From positions 11,076-75,075 of the IMG/VR virus record IMGVR_UViG_3300027710_000022: 64,000 nucleotides of DNA. One strand, 5' to 3'. Positions 19,988 to 30,464 of the stretch are shown in pieces. The notes beneath the pieces are model-generated. The model did no database searches. It worked only from the letters and a program-made list of their open reading frames with translations, and was not told where the DNA came from. The first letter of the stretch is position 1, and each line of letters opens with the position of its first letter. Origin of the DNA: a virus. Taxonomy: Duplodnaviria > Caudoviricetes. The position numbers were made by a program, and so were the translations under genes.

Positions 19988-20347
19988 CTATTTTGCCCAT
20001 TTTCCTCTGATTACAATTTGAGCGATAATGTTATATACAGATAAATCTTGATATGTATCTTCGATAGCCTCACCTACCGTATCGGGTTTACCTAATAACA
20101 CCAATTGCTTCAATCTCTGAATCTTATCGTTCATTCTGAACCAAAGACCTGTCTGAGACAATTTAACCTCTTCAGGGGTCTCTAAACGGGTTCCTACGGA
20201 GATATTATCGGGTCCGTAGTTTAATTGCTTTCTACAAAAGATTTCATACTGTTCCTTTAGGATTTTTTTGAATTCTGCTGTGGTTTCTGGGTACTTTTCC
20301 TCACATAATTTGATGGGGGATAGTTGTGGAGTGGTATCTTCTGACAT
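19988..20347 (-). CDS. DUF1599 / nucleotide-modification-associated domain 1 protein
   Basis: FCRKQLNYG...RMNDKIQRL...EAIEDTYQDLSVYNII family pattern. Confidence 0.75.
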   Translation of the reverse strand: MSEDTTPQLSPIKLCEEKYPETTAEFKKILKEQYEIFCRKQLNYGPDNISVGTRLETPEEVKLSQTGLWFRMNDKIQRLKQLVLLGKPDTVGEAIEDTYQDLSVYNIIAQIVIRGKWAK

Positions 20348-20418
20348 ATTTTTGTGTTTTTTATTAATATAACGAATTTTATTTGTAATACAAAATATTT
20401 ATATAAAAAACACATATC

Positions 20419-20667
20419 ATGGCATCAGACGCATATAAAGAAATGCAAGCATCGAAAGATACACCAGGTTCAAGTCAACCAAAACACAAACAACTGATAA
20501 AAATGTTAACATTTAGGGTTGTTCCAGCATATTATAAGGAAATTGAGAAGGTTGCTAACAACCAAGAGGTAACAGTATCTAAATTAATTAGAAATTACAT
20601 TAAAGAAGGTATGAAGAGGGACGGTGAATTAACAGATAGAGAAGAAAAAACCTTTGGTTTAGAATAA
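20419..20667 (+). CDS. Ribbon-helix-helix-like DNA-binding protein
   Basis: MLTFRV...EIEKVA...VTVSKLIRNYIKEGM pattern. Confidence 0.55.
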   Translation: MASDAYKEMQASKDTPGSSQPKHKQLIKMLTFRVVPAYYKEIEKVANNQEVTVSKLIRNYIKEGMKRDGELTDREEKTFGLE

Positions 20668-20670
20668 TTT

Positions 20671-21000
20671 ATGGAAAAAAACATTATATCCGAAAATTTG
20701 ATTAAAGAGGCCGTTGATAAGGTCTTATTTGAACAAATGTCAAAAGTATCAAGACAGGATTTTAGTAGAGTACAGTTTAAAATAGAGGAATTACAAAATT
20801 CTTTAGGTGAAACGGTAAAAGAACTGAGGAAATTAGAAGATTCTATACCATCAGGACTAAAAAGCACGTCAAACGCTAGAATTTCAGGTATAACCGTGAG
20901 TTTAAATAACGCCCAAAAACTATTAATTCAACTTAAAGATAAAGTTAGACAATATAAGAAGTCTATTTACACACAATCTTTAGACGAGAAGAAAAAATAA
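20671..21000 (+). CDS. Coiled-coil hypothetical protein
   Basis: 109-aa ORF starting NIISENLIKEAVDKVLFEQ. Confidence 0.65.
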   Translation: MEKNIISENLIKEAVDKVLFEQMSKVSRQDFSRVQFKIEELQNSLGETVKELRKLEDSIPSGLKSTSNARISGITVSLNNAQKLLIQLKDKVRQYKKSIYTQSLDEKKK

Positions 21001-21002
21001 TT

Positions 21003-21359
21003 CTATTTTAACTTTTCATCACTTTTTAGGACTTTTTTACCCTTTTCAGTTAAGAAAAACATCTCTTCGGTGTCGTCATCTTCGTAAGAATTTACCAATC
21101 CTTTTGTTTTAAGTTCATTTAGGATTGTACCTGCAACAATTTCACGTAAAAGAGCTTCAAACTCATCTTCATCAAATATTTCATCTTCAGTAAGGTCAGT
21201 ATCTCCATTTATGAACTTCTCGGTTAATTTGTTAGATATATGATTTTTAGCGAAATCGGTAACCTCAATTTCATAATCCAAAAAGAACCCAGTTTCCACT
21301 AAAGTTTCAATTATCTCTTTCGTTCTTTCAATAACAATTGGTTGGTATATTTTTGACAT
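21003..21359 (-). CDS. Hypothetical acidic protein
   Basis: Probable start MSKIYQ at 21359. Confidence 0.6.
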   Translation of the reverse strand: MSKIYQPIVIERTKEIIETLVETGFFLDYEIEVTDFAKNHISNKLTEKFINGDTDLTEDEIFDEDEFEALLREIVAGTILNELKTKGLVNSYEDDDTEEMFFLTEKGKKVLKSDEKLK

Positions 21360-21469
21360 GATAAAAAATTTGATTTTTATTAAAATATAGGTAAAAAACA
21401 CCAATAAAAAAAATTATTTGGTTGAAAGTGTCCACATTTTTTTATATATTATTGTATAATTAAAATATA

Positions 21470-22720
21470 ATGGGTAACAACAAAATTTTCATTCAAATTG
21501 CATCATATCGAGATCCGCAATTAATACCAACAATAAAAGACTGTATTAAAAACGCAAAAAAACCTGAAAATTTGGTTTTTTCAATTGCTTGGCAAAGGTC
21601 AAAAGAAGATGTGTGGGATAACTTAGATGAATTTTTAAATGACGAAAGATTTAAAATAATCGATATTAACTACGAAGACTCTAAAGGTGCTTGTTGGGCC
21701 AGAAATCAGTTACAACAACAATATAATGGTGAGGAGTATACAATTCAATTAGATTCACATCATAGATTTGCGGAGAATTGGGATGATGATTGTATAAAAA
21801 TGATTAAACAATTACAAAAGAAGGGACATAAGAAACCTTTATTAACTGGTTACGTTTCATCATTTGATCCTGATAATGATCCAGCAGGTAGAATTCAAGC
21901 ACCGTGGAAAATGAACTTTGACAGATTTATTCCTGAAGGTGCAGTGTTTTTCTTACCAGCAACAATAGATGATTATCAAGAAAGAACTGAACCAGTTCCC
22001 GCTAGATTTTATTCTGCACATTTTTGTTTTACTTTAGGTTCATTTGTTAAAGAGGTTCCACATGATCCTGAATATTATTTTCACGGAGAAGAAATTTCTA
22101 TTGCAGTAAGATCATATACTTGGGGTTATGATTTATTTCACCCACATAAAACAGTTGTTTGGCACGAATATACTCGTAAAGGTAGGACTAAACAATGGGA
22201 TGATGATAAACAATGGGTTAGTAAAAATGTACATTGTCATAAAAGAAATAGAAAACTATTTGAAATGGATGGTGAGGTAAAAGATGTTGATTTTGGAATT
22301 TACGACTTCGGTAAAGAAAGAACTTTGGAGGATTATGAAAGATATGCCGGTATTTCATTTAAAAAGAGAGCGGTACAAAAATATACAGTTGATAATAATT
22401 TAGCACCTAACCCTCCTTTATATGGTGATGAATTTAATAATTCATTCTTATCAATTTTTAAACACTGTATAGATGTTACATTTGATAGAGTACCTGAAAA
22501 TGATTATGATTTTTGGGTGGTTGCTTTTCATGATGAAAAAGACGAAACTCTTTTTAGAAAAGATGCAGATAGGGATGAAATAAAAAGATTAAAAAATGAT
22601 CCTGACGGATACTGTAAAATTTGGAGGGAATTTACGGTGGAAAGTAAACCAAAATATTGGGTTGTTTGGCCACATAGCGAATCTAAAGGTTGGATGGAAA
22701 GAATAAAAGGAGATTTATAA
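21470..22720 (+). CDS. GlcNAc-type glycosyltransferase (Skp1-hydroxyproline GlcNAc-transferase-like family)
   Basis: IFIQIASYRDP, GACWARN, IQLDSHHRF, YFHGEEI, GYDLFHP motifs. Confidence 0.85.
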   Translation: MGNNKIFIQIASYRDPQLIPTIKDCIKNAKKPENLVFSIAWQRSKEDVWDNLDEFLNDERFKIIDINYEDSKGACWARNQLQQQYNGEEYTIQLDSHHRFAENWDDDCIKMIKQLQKKGHKKPLLTGYVSSFDPDNDPAGRIQAPWKMNFDRFIPEGAVFFLPATIDDYQERTEPVPARFYSAHFCFTLGSFVKEVPHDPEYYFHGEEISIAVRSYTWGYDLFHPHKTVVWHEYTRKGRTKQWDDDKQWVSKNVHCHKRNRKLFEMDGEVKDVDFGIYDFGKERTLEDYERYAGISFKKRAVQKYTVDNNLAPNPPLYGDEFNNSFLSIFKHCIDVTFDRVPENDYDFWVVAFHDEKDETLFRKDADRDEIKRLKNDPDGYCKIWREFTVESKPKYWVVWPHSESKGWMERIKGDL

Positions 22721-22728
22721 AAAGTAAT

Positions 22729-23496
22729 ATGAAAATATGTTTTGCAACCGAGGTAACATATGAAAATTATGTTAATAGAATTAAGAAAAGTTCGTTAAGT
22801 TGGTTTTTAGAAAGGGAATTAGATAAAAGAGGAATTTCATATTATATATCAACAAATTTACCAAATAATTTTAATGAATATAGTGACAATGATTCTATAA
22901 AGGTTTTTGATATTGAGGACCTAAGAAAAAATCATCCTACTTCGAAACAATATGAATTATTTCCTGAAGACCCGAGGGGGTTATATCCTTCTAGATATCC
23001 TTGGAATATGAGGAGATTCATTATTGAGAAGGCAGCACAAGATGGATATGATTATGTGATTTACATTGATGCTGATAATATGGTTATTTCACATTTAACA
23101 ACTGATGATATCATCAACACATTAGTTGCAACTTACGAACCGAATGTTGTGTCAACTAACTCCGCAGTTTTTAGATACGAGGGTAGAAAACCAGATGATG
23201 TATTCCAATACCATGACAAATATATTGAACATTTTAATTTAAACTTTAAAGACGAACAATACGACACTATAGATGGTCCCGTACAAGTTTTTATGGGAAA
23301 CACAAATGAAGATATATTAAGATTTACATCTAACTGGCATAAATTTACTGATTTTGGTTACGCACAAGAATTTGGGTTTGGTTATGGTAATAATAAACAC
23401 GGTAATTTATCATTTGTAATTCCAGTTTCAAATTTTAAATTAGAATGGAAGGGGTTTCCATTTAGTCCTCATCATAGACCTGAAGATAGGTATTAA
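22729..23496 (+). CDS. GT-A fold glycosyltransferase-like protein
   Basis: YDYVIYIDAD DxD motif; sits in the glycosyltransferase cluster. Confidence 0.6.
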   Translation: MKICFATEVTYENYVNRIKKSSLSWFLERELDKRGISYYISTNLPNNFNEYSDNDSIKVFDIEDLRKNHPTSKQYELFPEDPRGLYPSRYPWNMRRFIIEKAAQDGYDYVIYIDADNMVISHLTTDDIINTLVATYEPNVVSTNSAVFRYEGRKPDDVFQYHDKYIEHFNLNFKDEQYDTIDGPVQVFMGNTNEDILRFTSNWHKFTDFGYAQEFGFGYGNNKHGNLSFVIPVSNFKLEWKGFPFSPHHRPEDRY

Positions 23497-23521
23497 TAAT
23501 TATAAAAGATTTAAATCACAT

Positions 23522-25042
23522 ATGTTTAGTATTGATGGTGTTGTATTAGCAAATAAAGGGTTTTATGTAAATTTGGATTCGTCTGTAAATCGCAAGAATC
23601 ATATTGAAAATCTAATTTTAAAACATAATATTGTTGGTTTAGAAAGATTTAGTGCGTTGAGAGATGAGTTAGTACAATCGTCATGTACCAAAAGTCATTT
23701 AGGAATTTTTAAACAGGCTTTAGATGAGGATTTAGAAATTATATTTGTTGGTGAGGATGATTTTGACATAAAAGAATATTGCTACGCACCATATAGTGAT
23801 ATTCCCGTTAGTTTTAATGAGTCTATAATGAAAATTTCAGAGGACTTAAAAAATGTAGAATGGGACGTATTATTGTTTGGGTGTAATCCAAAATCTCATT
23901 TAATTCCTGTTACGGAAAATTTAGCAAAAAACTATTTTAGTACTGGTGCATGGGCATATCTAATAAAAAAGAGAGCTTATAATTATATTTTAGAAAATTC
24001 AAATTACTATAGAGATTATATTGCAATAGATGATTATCTTCCACTTTTAAGTAAAAAGGGGTTTGTTACTTTAACAACAATACCATTAACAATTAACCAC
24101 GCAATTGGATTTGAATCCACTTTACAACCTAGAGGTCCTGTTAATTACGATGCATGGATACAAGGTAGTTATGGTAAATTTTTATACGGGAATTATAAAG
24201 AAAAAAGTTTTAATAGTATGTCATTAGAAAAACAAACAACGGTAGTAATAACGGGTCATTATGTTGAGAATTATTTTTTTTATTTAAGTTATCTTTTACA
24301 TAGTTTACCTGACGAATTATTAAAATGTAGATTTATTGTTCATTATGATGAAGGACATGGTCACGATAGTTCGACTCAAAAAGTTAAATTAAATGCATTT
24401 TTTAGAGACTATGATAAAAACATCAATGTAACTTTAAGTTATGGGTACGGTGGATTAATATCAAGTTTAGAATCGGTAATGGAACAAGTAACAACTCCAT
24501 ATTTTATATTTTTAGAACATGATTGGGTATTTTTGAAAAAAGACAATATTGATTTTCTAAATTTAATGAAGGCATTTAATAATCATGATTTTATAAATGC
24601 CGTTTGGTTTTCAAAAGATGACAATACAATGAGAGGTTTTGATATTGCTAGAGATATCGATGATGTAACAACTCCTTTTGGTAAGGAGGATAGAGTAAGT
24701 GAGGTTAATTTAGTAACAACTTGTAGATGGTCAAATAATCCTGTTATGTTCAGATTGAGTAAATTAAAAGAATGGTATTATAACATAATTAAAAATGAAT
24801 ACGTTGGTGTCGTTCATCAGGCTCAACAAAATATTGAAGAAACAATGATACCTCATTATAGGGATATAATTAGTAAAAATAAATGGTTAGATATTAGAGA
24901 TAATTGGGGAACCTTTTTATATGGTGCATTAAATGAAGGTCCGTATGTTGGTCACACTGACGCATCAAAAAGATACCAAGGTATTGCAAAATCAGGTCCA
25001 GAATATAATGGTGAGGAATATATAAAAAATAACCCATTATAG
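23522..25042 (+). CDS. Two-domain glycosyltransferase (GT25-like plus GT-A)
   Basis: YVNLDSSVNRK...CTKSH...GEDD...WDVLLFG (GT25-like); second domain YFIFLEHDW. Confidence 0.75.
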   Translation: MFSIDGVVLANKGFYVNLDSSVNRKNHIENLILKHNIVGLERFSALRDELVQSSCTKSHLGIFKQALDEDLEIIFVGEDDFDIKEYCYAPYSDIPVSFNESIMKISEDLKNVEWDVLLFGCNPKSHLIPVTENLAKNYFSTGAWAYLIKKRAYNYILENSNYYRDYIAIDDYLPLLSKKGFVTLTTIPLTINHAIGFESTLQPRGPVNYDAWIQGSYGKFLYGNYKEKSFNSMSLEKQTTVVITGHYVENYFFYLSYLLHSLPDELLKCRFIVHYDEGHGHDSSTQKVKLNAFFRDYDKNINVTLSYGYGGLISSLESVMEQVTTPYFIFLEHDWVFLKKDNIDFLNLMKAFNNHDFINAVWFSKDDNTMRGFDIARDIDDVTTPFGKEDRVSEVNLVTTCRWSNNPVMFRLSKLKEWYYNIIKNEYVGVVHQAQQNIEETMIPHYRDIISKNKWLDIRDNWGTFLYGALNEGPYVGHTDASKRYQGIAKSGPEYNGEEYIKNNPL

Positions 25043-25043
25043 A

Positions 25044-25664
25044 ATGAAGATTAATCTTTTTACCGGATGGTATTATGTACCTAAAAATCCTATAAGGGAG
25101 GACGAGTTTAATTTTTGTTATGAAAAAAATAAAAAACTAAACTTTGGTGAGTATTATATTGATAGAACTCAAAGACCGACTTATAATTCATTTTTAAACG
25201 AAATGAAAAAATATCCAAATGATATTAACATAATAGCAAATCCTGATAATTTTTTTGACGAGAAATTTTTAAATGATGTATATGAACTATACTCCAAATA
25301 TGAAAACAAAGAAAAATTGTGTTTAGGGTTAACAAGATGGAACTATATCAATGAGGGAGATGTAAGATATTTTAATGCCAAGGACTCACAAGATATTTTT
25401 ATATTTTACGGTTCAGTAGATTTAAACGTTGGCGAACAAATACCTTTAGGTAGACCCGGATGTGATAATAGATTGGCGGCAATATTAATAAATGATTTAA
25501 AAATGGATGTCTTTAACCCAAGTTTAGATTTAAAATATTATCATTATCACCCATCTGACGATTCAACAAGAACCTATTTAAATGAAAAATTAGAAAGGAC
25601 TGAATTTGTTATGGGACCTCATGAATTTATATATTCATGTAGATTAAATGATGTTAAAAAATAA
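25044..25664 (+). CDS. Glycosyltransferase-like hypothetical protein
   Basis: IIANPDNFF...SQDIFIF...LGRPGCDNRLA; within the glycosyltransferase cluster. Confidence 0.5.
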   Translation: MKINLFTGWYYVPKNPIREDEFNFCYEKNKKLNFGEYYIDRTQRPTYNSFLNEMKKYPNDINIIANPDNFFDEKFLNDVYELYSKYENKEKLCLGLTRWNYINEGDVRYFNAKDSQDIFIFYGSVDLNVGEQIPLGRPGCDNRLAAILINDLKMDVFNPSLDLKYYHYHPSDDSTRTYLNEKLERTEFVMGPHEFIYSCRLNDVKK

Positions 25665-28014
25665 AATTATGGAAATTGTTAATAAGATATTGTCATTTGA
25701 CAATAAAAAAATAGATGGTAGTATAATAAATGATGAACAAATAAAAAATTTAGTTTTTTATTTGTTAGACTCAATTGATAATAATGTCGACGGAGATGTT
25801 GTTGAATTTGGATGTTATGTTGGTGAGTCCAGCAAATATCTAATGAAAACTTTACTAGAAACAAATTCAAGTAAAAAACTTTTTGTTTATGATTCTTTTG
25901 AGGGTCTTCCTCCATTATCTAAATGGGAGGAAAATACAGGATGGAGAGCAGGGACGTTAAAAAGTACCGAAGAAATACTAATATCAAATTTTGAACAAAA
26001 CAATTTACCAACACCAATCATCCATAAGGATTGGTTTAAGGATGTCCCTGAAGATAAAATACCTGAGAAAATATCCTTTGCATTTTTAGACGGGGATTTT
26101 TACGATTCAATTTATGATAGTTTAAATAAAGTTTTTGATAAAGTTACTGATGGAGGTTACATATGTTTTCACGATTATCAAAGAAATGATTTACCGGGTG
26201 TTCGTGCGGCAATAGAGGATGTTTTTAAAGAAAAAGGTGTTGATTATACCGTAGAGGAAGTTTGTGGTCAATTAGGAATTTACAGAAAAAATAGTACCAT
26301 TGAAAATAGAATACCCCAAAGACCAACTAGTGAAGTTAATTATGGTGGGACAACAATCGTTACAGGTATTTGGGACATTAAAAGAGAAGAACTTACCGAA
26401 GGGTGGAGTAGAAAATTTGACCATTATTTAAATCATCTTTCTAATTTAATGAAGACAGATGATAACATGATAATTTATATTGAGGAGAAGTATAGGTCAT
26501 TTGTTGAGGACCATAGACCCAAAGAAAACACATTAATAATTGTTAGGGAGTTGGAATGGTTTAAGAAGAGTGAATTTTTTAACAAAATTCAAAAAATAAG
26601 AAATGATTCTAATTGGTCCAACACTTCTGGTTGGTTACCTGAAAGTACGCAAGCAAAATTGGAAATGTATAATCCAATTGTTATGTCGAAGGTATTTCTT
26701 TTAAATGACGCATCAATAATGGATCCGTTCAATTCATCACATTTAGTTTGGGTGGATGGTGCAATTACAAATACTGTACATGAAGGATATTTTTGGAAAG
26801 ATGGGGTAATTAAAAACGTTTCTAAATTTTTTAATAAATTCTCATTTGTTTGTTTTCCTTATGACGGAAAAGTTGAAATACATGGATTTAAGTATAATGA
26901 AATGTGTATCTATTCTGAGGATGAGGTAAACAAAGTTGCAAGAGGAGGTATATTCGGGGGTCCAAAACATTTAATAAGTAAAATCAACGAAATATATTAT
27001 TCATTATTAAACGATACCCTATCTAACGGTTTAATGGGTACGGAAGAGAGTATATTTACAATCATCACATACAAATATCCTGAACTAGTTCAGTATTTTG
27101 AAATTGAACAGAATGGATTGTTGGGTTTGTTTTTTGAAAATTTAAAAAATGGTAATTTAATTCCGAGACAAGAAAAAAGTGAAACGATAAAAATAAATCC
27201 TCATAGTAAAGAAAATATTGCACTTTACGTAATGACGTATAATTCACCAAGTCAGTTTGAAAAATTATGTATGTCGTTTGAAATGTATGATAGAAATTTT
27301 TTAGATAGACCTAAGAAATTTTTATTAAATAATTCAATAGATTCGGATACAGATTTAACATATTCAAATCTTTGTGAAAAATATGGATTTACTGAAATTA
27401 AAAAAGGTAATTTAGGTATTTGTGGTGGTAGACAATTCATATCAGAACATGCTGATGAGAATAATTTTGATTACCATATGTTTTTTGAGGATGATATGTT
27501 TTTTTATTTAGGTGATGATGAGTTTTGTAGAAATGGATTTAGAAGAAAAATAAAGGACTTCTATAATGTCATGTTAGATATCATATGGAACGAAAACTTT
27601 GATTTTTTAAAATGGAATTTTAGTGAGTTCTTTGGTGATAATACAAGACAGTGGTCTTGGCATAATGTACCTGGCGATACAAGAGCTCGGTTATTCCCTG
27701 AAAAACCTGTTAAAATAAATAATGACCACAACTACGCTCCCTATTTAAATTTTAAAAACATTAAGTCATATAAATCGGTACCGTACGCATCGGGAGAGAT
27801 ATATTATTGTAATTGGCCACAAATAGTCTCAAAAGAAGGAAATAGAAAAATGTTTATAGATACAAAGTTTGCCAATCCATTTGAGCAAACGTGGATGTCT
27901 TTTATATATCAAGAAACATTAGAAGGTAAGATTAAACCGGGAATATTATTAGCAACACCAACGGAACACGATAGGTTCGAATTTTATCCAAGAGAGGACA
28001 GGAGAGAAAATTAA
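25648..28014 (+). CDS. Fusion of TylF/MycF O-methyltransferase, HtrL/WlaTC-like glycosyltransferase and a GT-A domain
   Basis: GDVVEFGCYVGES, DSFEGLP, FAFLDGDFYDS, FHDY (TylF); TTIVTGIWDI...LVWVDGA (HtrL-like); MFFEDD. Confidence 0.8.
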   Translation: MMLKNKIMEIVNKILSFDNKKIDGSIINDEQIKNLVFYLLDSIDNNVDGDVVEFGCYVGESSKYLMKTLLETNSSKKLFVYDSFEGLPPLSKWEENTGWRAGTLKSTEEILISNFEQNNLPTPIIHKDWFKDVPEDKIPEKISFAFLDGDFYDSIYDSLNKVFDKVTDGGYICFHDYQRNDLPGVRAAIEDVFKEKGVDYTVEEVCGQLGIYRKNSTIENRIPQRPTSEVNYGGTTIVTGIWDIKREELTEGWSRKFDHYLNHLSNLMKTDDNMIIYIEEKYRSFVEDHRPKENTLIIVRELEWFKKSEFFNKIQKIRNDSNWSNTSGWLPESTQAKLEMYNPIVMSKVFLLNDASIMDPFNSSHLVWVDGAITNTVHEGYFWKDGVIKNVSKFFNKFSFVCFPYDGKVEIHGFKYNEMCIYSEDEVNKVARGGIFGGPKHLISKINEIYYSLLNDTLSNGLMGTEESIFTIITYKYPELVQYFEIEQNGLLGLFFENLKNGNLIPRQEKSETIKINPHSKENIALYVMTYNSPSQFEKLCMSFEMYDRNFLDRPKKFLLNNSIDSDTDLTYSNLCEKYGFTEIKKGNLGICGGRQFISEHADENNFDYHMFFEDDMFFYLGDDEFCRNGFRRKIKDFYNVMLDIIWNENFDFLKWNFSEFFGDNTRQWSWHNVPGDTRARLFPEKPVKINNDHNYAPYLNFKNIKSYKSVPYASGEIYYCNWPQIVSKEGNRKMFIDTKFANPFEQTWMSFIYQETLEGKIKPGILLATPTEHDRFEFYPREDRREN

Positions 28015-28168
28015 AAAAACCTCTTATTTGGAGGTTTTCTTCTTTTCTTCAGGTTTTTGTAAACCTTTCTTTATCTCACCTTTTTTTTCACCGTCTTTCT
28101 TCATTGCGGTTTTGTGTTGTTCAGAGATTTTCTTTTTCTCCTCTTCAGACATTCCAAATACTCCCATA

Positions 28169-28459
28169 TTATATTGTATTATTTTTTATTATTTCGGTTG
28201 AATCGTCTTTTTTATTTTTAAGTTTTTCACATTTTTCATATTCTTCTCTTTCCTCAAAAACTATTATTAACGAATCTATTATTTCTATGTACAACTCCAA
28301 ATCATTATCATATGATAATATCGTACATGTATTATTATAATCATTTAATATGTCATTGTCAAGGGAAGTGATGAAATCATAAATCATAGTCAATTCCTCC
28401 TCATCATAATTCCCAACATTTAAAACTCTTGTTGCCTGTAATAAAAAATTAAAATTCAT
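28169..28459 (-). CDS. Hypothetical protein with a UVR-like motif
   Basis: FEEREEYEKCEKLK; TATTTATA upstream (28462-28469). Confidence 0.55.
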   Translation of the reverse strand: MNFNFLLQATRVLNVGNYDEEELTMIYDFITSLDNDILNDYNNTCTILSYDNDLELYIEIIDSLIIVFEEREEYEKCEKLKNKKDDSTEIIKNNTI

Positions 28460-28473
28460 ACTATAAATACATT

Positions 28474-28866
28474 CTACTGTTTATCTCTTATTAATTTATC
28501 TAAGATTCTGAAACATTCTAAAAATCCATCATATTCTACCTCACTTCTAGTTGTTTTAGAATCTTGTGTTGGACCAAAAACTATACCATTGGCCAACGAT
28601 ATTGAAAATACCCATTGATGTGGGTTATACATTTCAATAGTCAAATATACACCTTCTTTATCAAAAAAATAATAAAGTTTTTTTGTGTCATAAAACTCTA
28701 AAGTTGATAAACTTAGAACCCCGACATTAGGAAACATTACATTTGTAAATTTCTTAAATGAGGAAGGATACAAATATTCAATACTATACCAATCTATCAT
28801 ATTATTAATTATAATGCATTTATGGTACTTTGTATATTGTATTTTTTGTTTTTTCAATAAAATCAA
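28474..28866 (-). CDS. Hypothetical protein
   Basis: 130-aa ORF; the true start may lie downstream (MIDWY). Confidence 0.55.
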   Translation of the reverse strand: MILLKKQKIQYTKYHKCIIINNMIDWYSIEYLYPSSFKKFTNVMFPNVGVLSLSTLEFYDTKKLYYFFDKEGVYLTIEMYNPHQWVFSISLANGIVFGPTQDSKTTRSEVEYDGFLECFRILDKLIRDKQ

Positions 28867-28877
28867 TATAATTATGA

Positions 28878-29126
28878 TTGTTTACAATGATTATACATGA
28901 ATTCTATTACAACGATGACAACAGGACGTTGTACGTTGAATTTTCAACCGATGATGACAGCGATAATTTTTATCGAGTTCTAAATCTTGGATTTGAGGAT
29001 GTTGAATATTATTCCCCCGAAATAATAGTTGAGGAGGATATGGAAGGTATTGATGAAGATTTTGTGAAAGAATTAATCGTTCAATACGGTAAAGAGAATG
29101 ATTTACCAGAAGAAAAAACTTTGTGA
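28878..29126 (+). CDS. Acidic hypothetical protein
   Basis: 82-aa ORF. Confidence 0.6.
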   Translation: MFTMIIHEFYYNDDNRTLYVEFSTDDDSDNFYRVLNLGFEDVEYYSPEIIVEEDMEGIDEDFVKELIVQYGKENDLPEEKTL

Positions 29127-29138
29127 TATTTATAAGAT

Positions 29139-29507
29139 ATGGGATTTTTAAACGATGATAAGAAGGAAAAGTTAACTGCGTTCGTAAAGTTCGTAAAAGA
29201 CCAATTGGAACTTAAAACAGTTCCCACTATCTCGATTAAGGGTAATAGAGACGGTTTGAAAACGACCGCGAATTATGATTACACTAAAGAAAATAAGATA
29301 ATCAAAGTTTATGGTAAAAACAGAGCTTTGGTTGACATTATGAGAAGTGTTGCCCATGAAATGGTCCACCACAAACAATTTGAAGATGGTCGTTTAGAAC
29401 AAAGACCACCCGATATTGGGGGTGAGATTGAGGATGAGGCAAATGCAAAGGCGGGACAATACATTAAATTGTACGCAAAAGAAGACCCGACCATCTACGA
29501 GGATTAA
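29139..29507 (+). CDS. HExxH metallopeptidase-like protein
   Basis: RSVAHEMVHHKQ...IEDEANAKAG; TATTTATA at 29127-29134. Confidence 0.6.
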   Translation: MGFLNDDKKEKLTAFVKFVKDQLELKTVPTISIKGNRDGLKTTANYDYTKENKIIKVYGKNRALVDIMRSVAHEMVHHKQFEDGRLEQRPPDIGGEIEDEANAKAGQYIKLYAKEDPTIYED

Positions 29508-29508
29508 T

Positions 29509-30090
29509 TTATTTTTTATGTAATGTTATCTCTAAGTGAGATTCTATTGCTTTATCATATACATTGTTACCTAATTTAATACTGGTAAAAAATGATTGAC
29601 TTGTTAATAACAATTCATTTGATGGCATGGCCCCATATGTATCTATTGAGAAGGTGTACCTTGTCTTGTTCCCAAAATAACCCCATTCCATGATTGTATT
29701 TTTAGTACAATATGTACAAGGAAATCCAACAAATATATAGTCATCTTTAACCACATTTTGGTTGTTTTCATATATCCTAAGTTGGTTATACTCAAAAGAC
29801 CATGTTGTTTTATTTACACTAAATCTTCTATCTATTGATGAATTTTTAAAATCTTGACTTAAAAGTAATGTACTATCATTAAGAATTTGTTTTACATAAA
29901 AATCACTAACCGAAGCCTCGTTTTCCGATACCACAGTTACGTGACTATTGAAATTTACCTTATCTATAACGACTTTAACTTTAACAACGTCCCATCTACC
30001 ATTAAGATTTAACATTGGGTTACTCGGTAATTCATACTTTTCACACCCAAATAGGGTAAAAACAACTAAAATCGATATTAATTTCCTCAT
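29509..30090 (-). CDS. Lipoprotein (lipocalin-like candidate)
   Basis: MRKLISILVVFTLFGC lipobox; LNGRWDV motif. Confidence 0.65.
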   Translation of the reverse strand: MRKLISILVVFTLFGCEKYELPSNPMLNLNGRWDVVKVKVVIDKVNFNSHVTVVSENEASVSDFYVKQILNDSTLLLSQDFKNSSIDRRFSVNKTTWSFEYNQLRIYENNQNVVKDDYIFVGFPCTYCTKNTIMEWGYFGNKTRYTFSIDTYGAMPSNELLLTSQSFFTSIKLGNNVYDKAIESHLEITLHKK

Positions 30091-30171
30091 GTCTTTATAT
30101 TTTAAGCAAAAATAGGTATTTTTTGGTATATCACAATCAATTTCAAAGATTTTTTTAGGTATTTATATATT

Positions 30172-30429
30172 ATGAGAATGGTCATTAACGAAAAACAACT
30201 AAAATTGATACTATCAACTGAAAATCAAGATATTGAAGAACAGGGGGAAGTTGCGACTGAACCATCCGCAGGCACATCAAGTACTCAAGCTGGAGGTCAA
30301 GGGTACCCTGAGGTTGGGAAATGGGAAAGTGGTATAGAGAGAGGTCCTGCCAATCAAATTGGGGTTACAAAATGGGCGGATATCGTTGGTGCAAATTTAA
30401 AAAGAGGTAAGTCCAATCCACTAAAATAA
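30172..30429 (+). CDS. Hypothetical protein with INEKQLKLI N-terminal motif
   Basis: MRMVINEKQLKLIL start; TATTTATA at 30160-30167. Confidence 0.65.
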   Translation: MRMVINEKQLKLILSTENQDIEEQGEVATEPSAGTSSTQAGGQGYPEVGKWESGIERGPANQIGVTKWADIVGANLKRGKSNPLK

Positions 30430-30464
30430 GAAATTACAGATATTTATATAGAAATCAAAAAATA

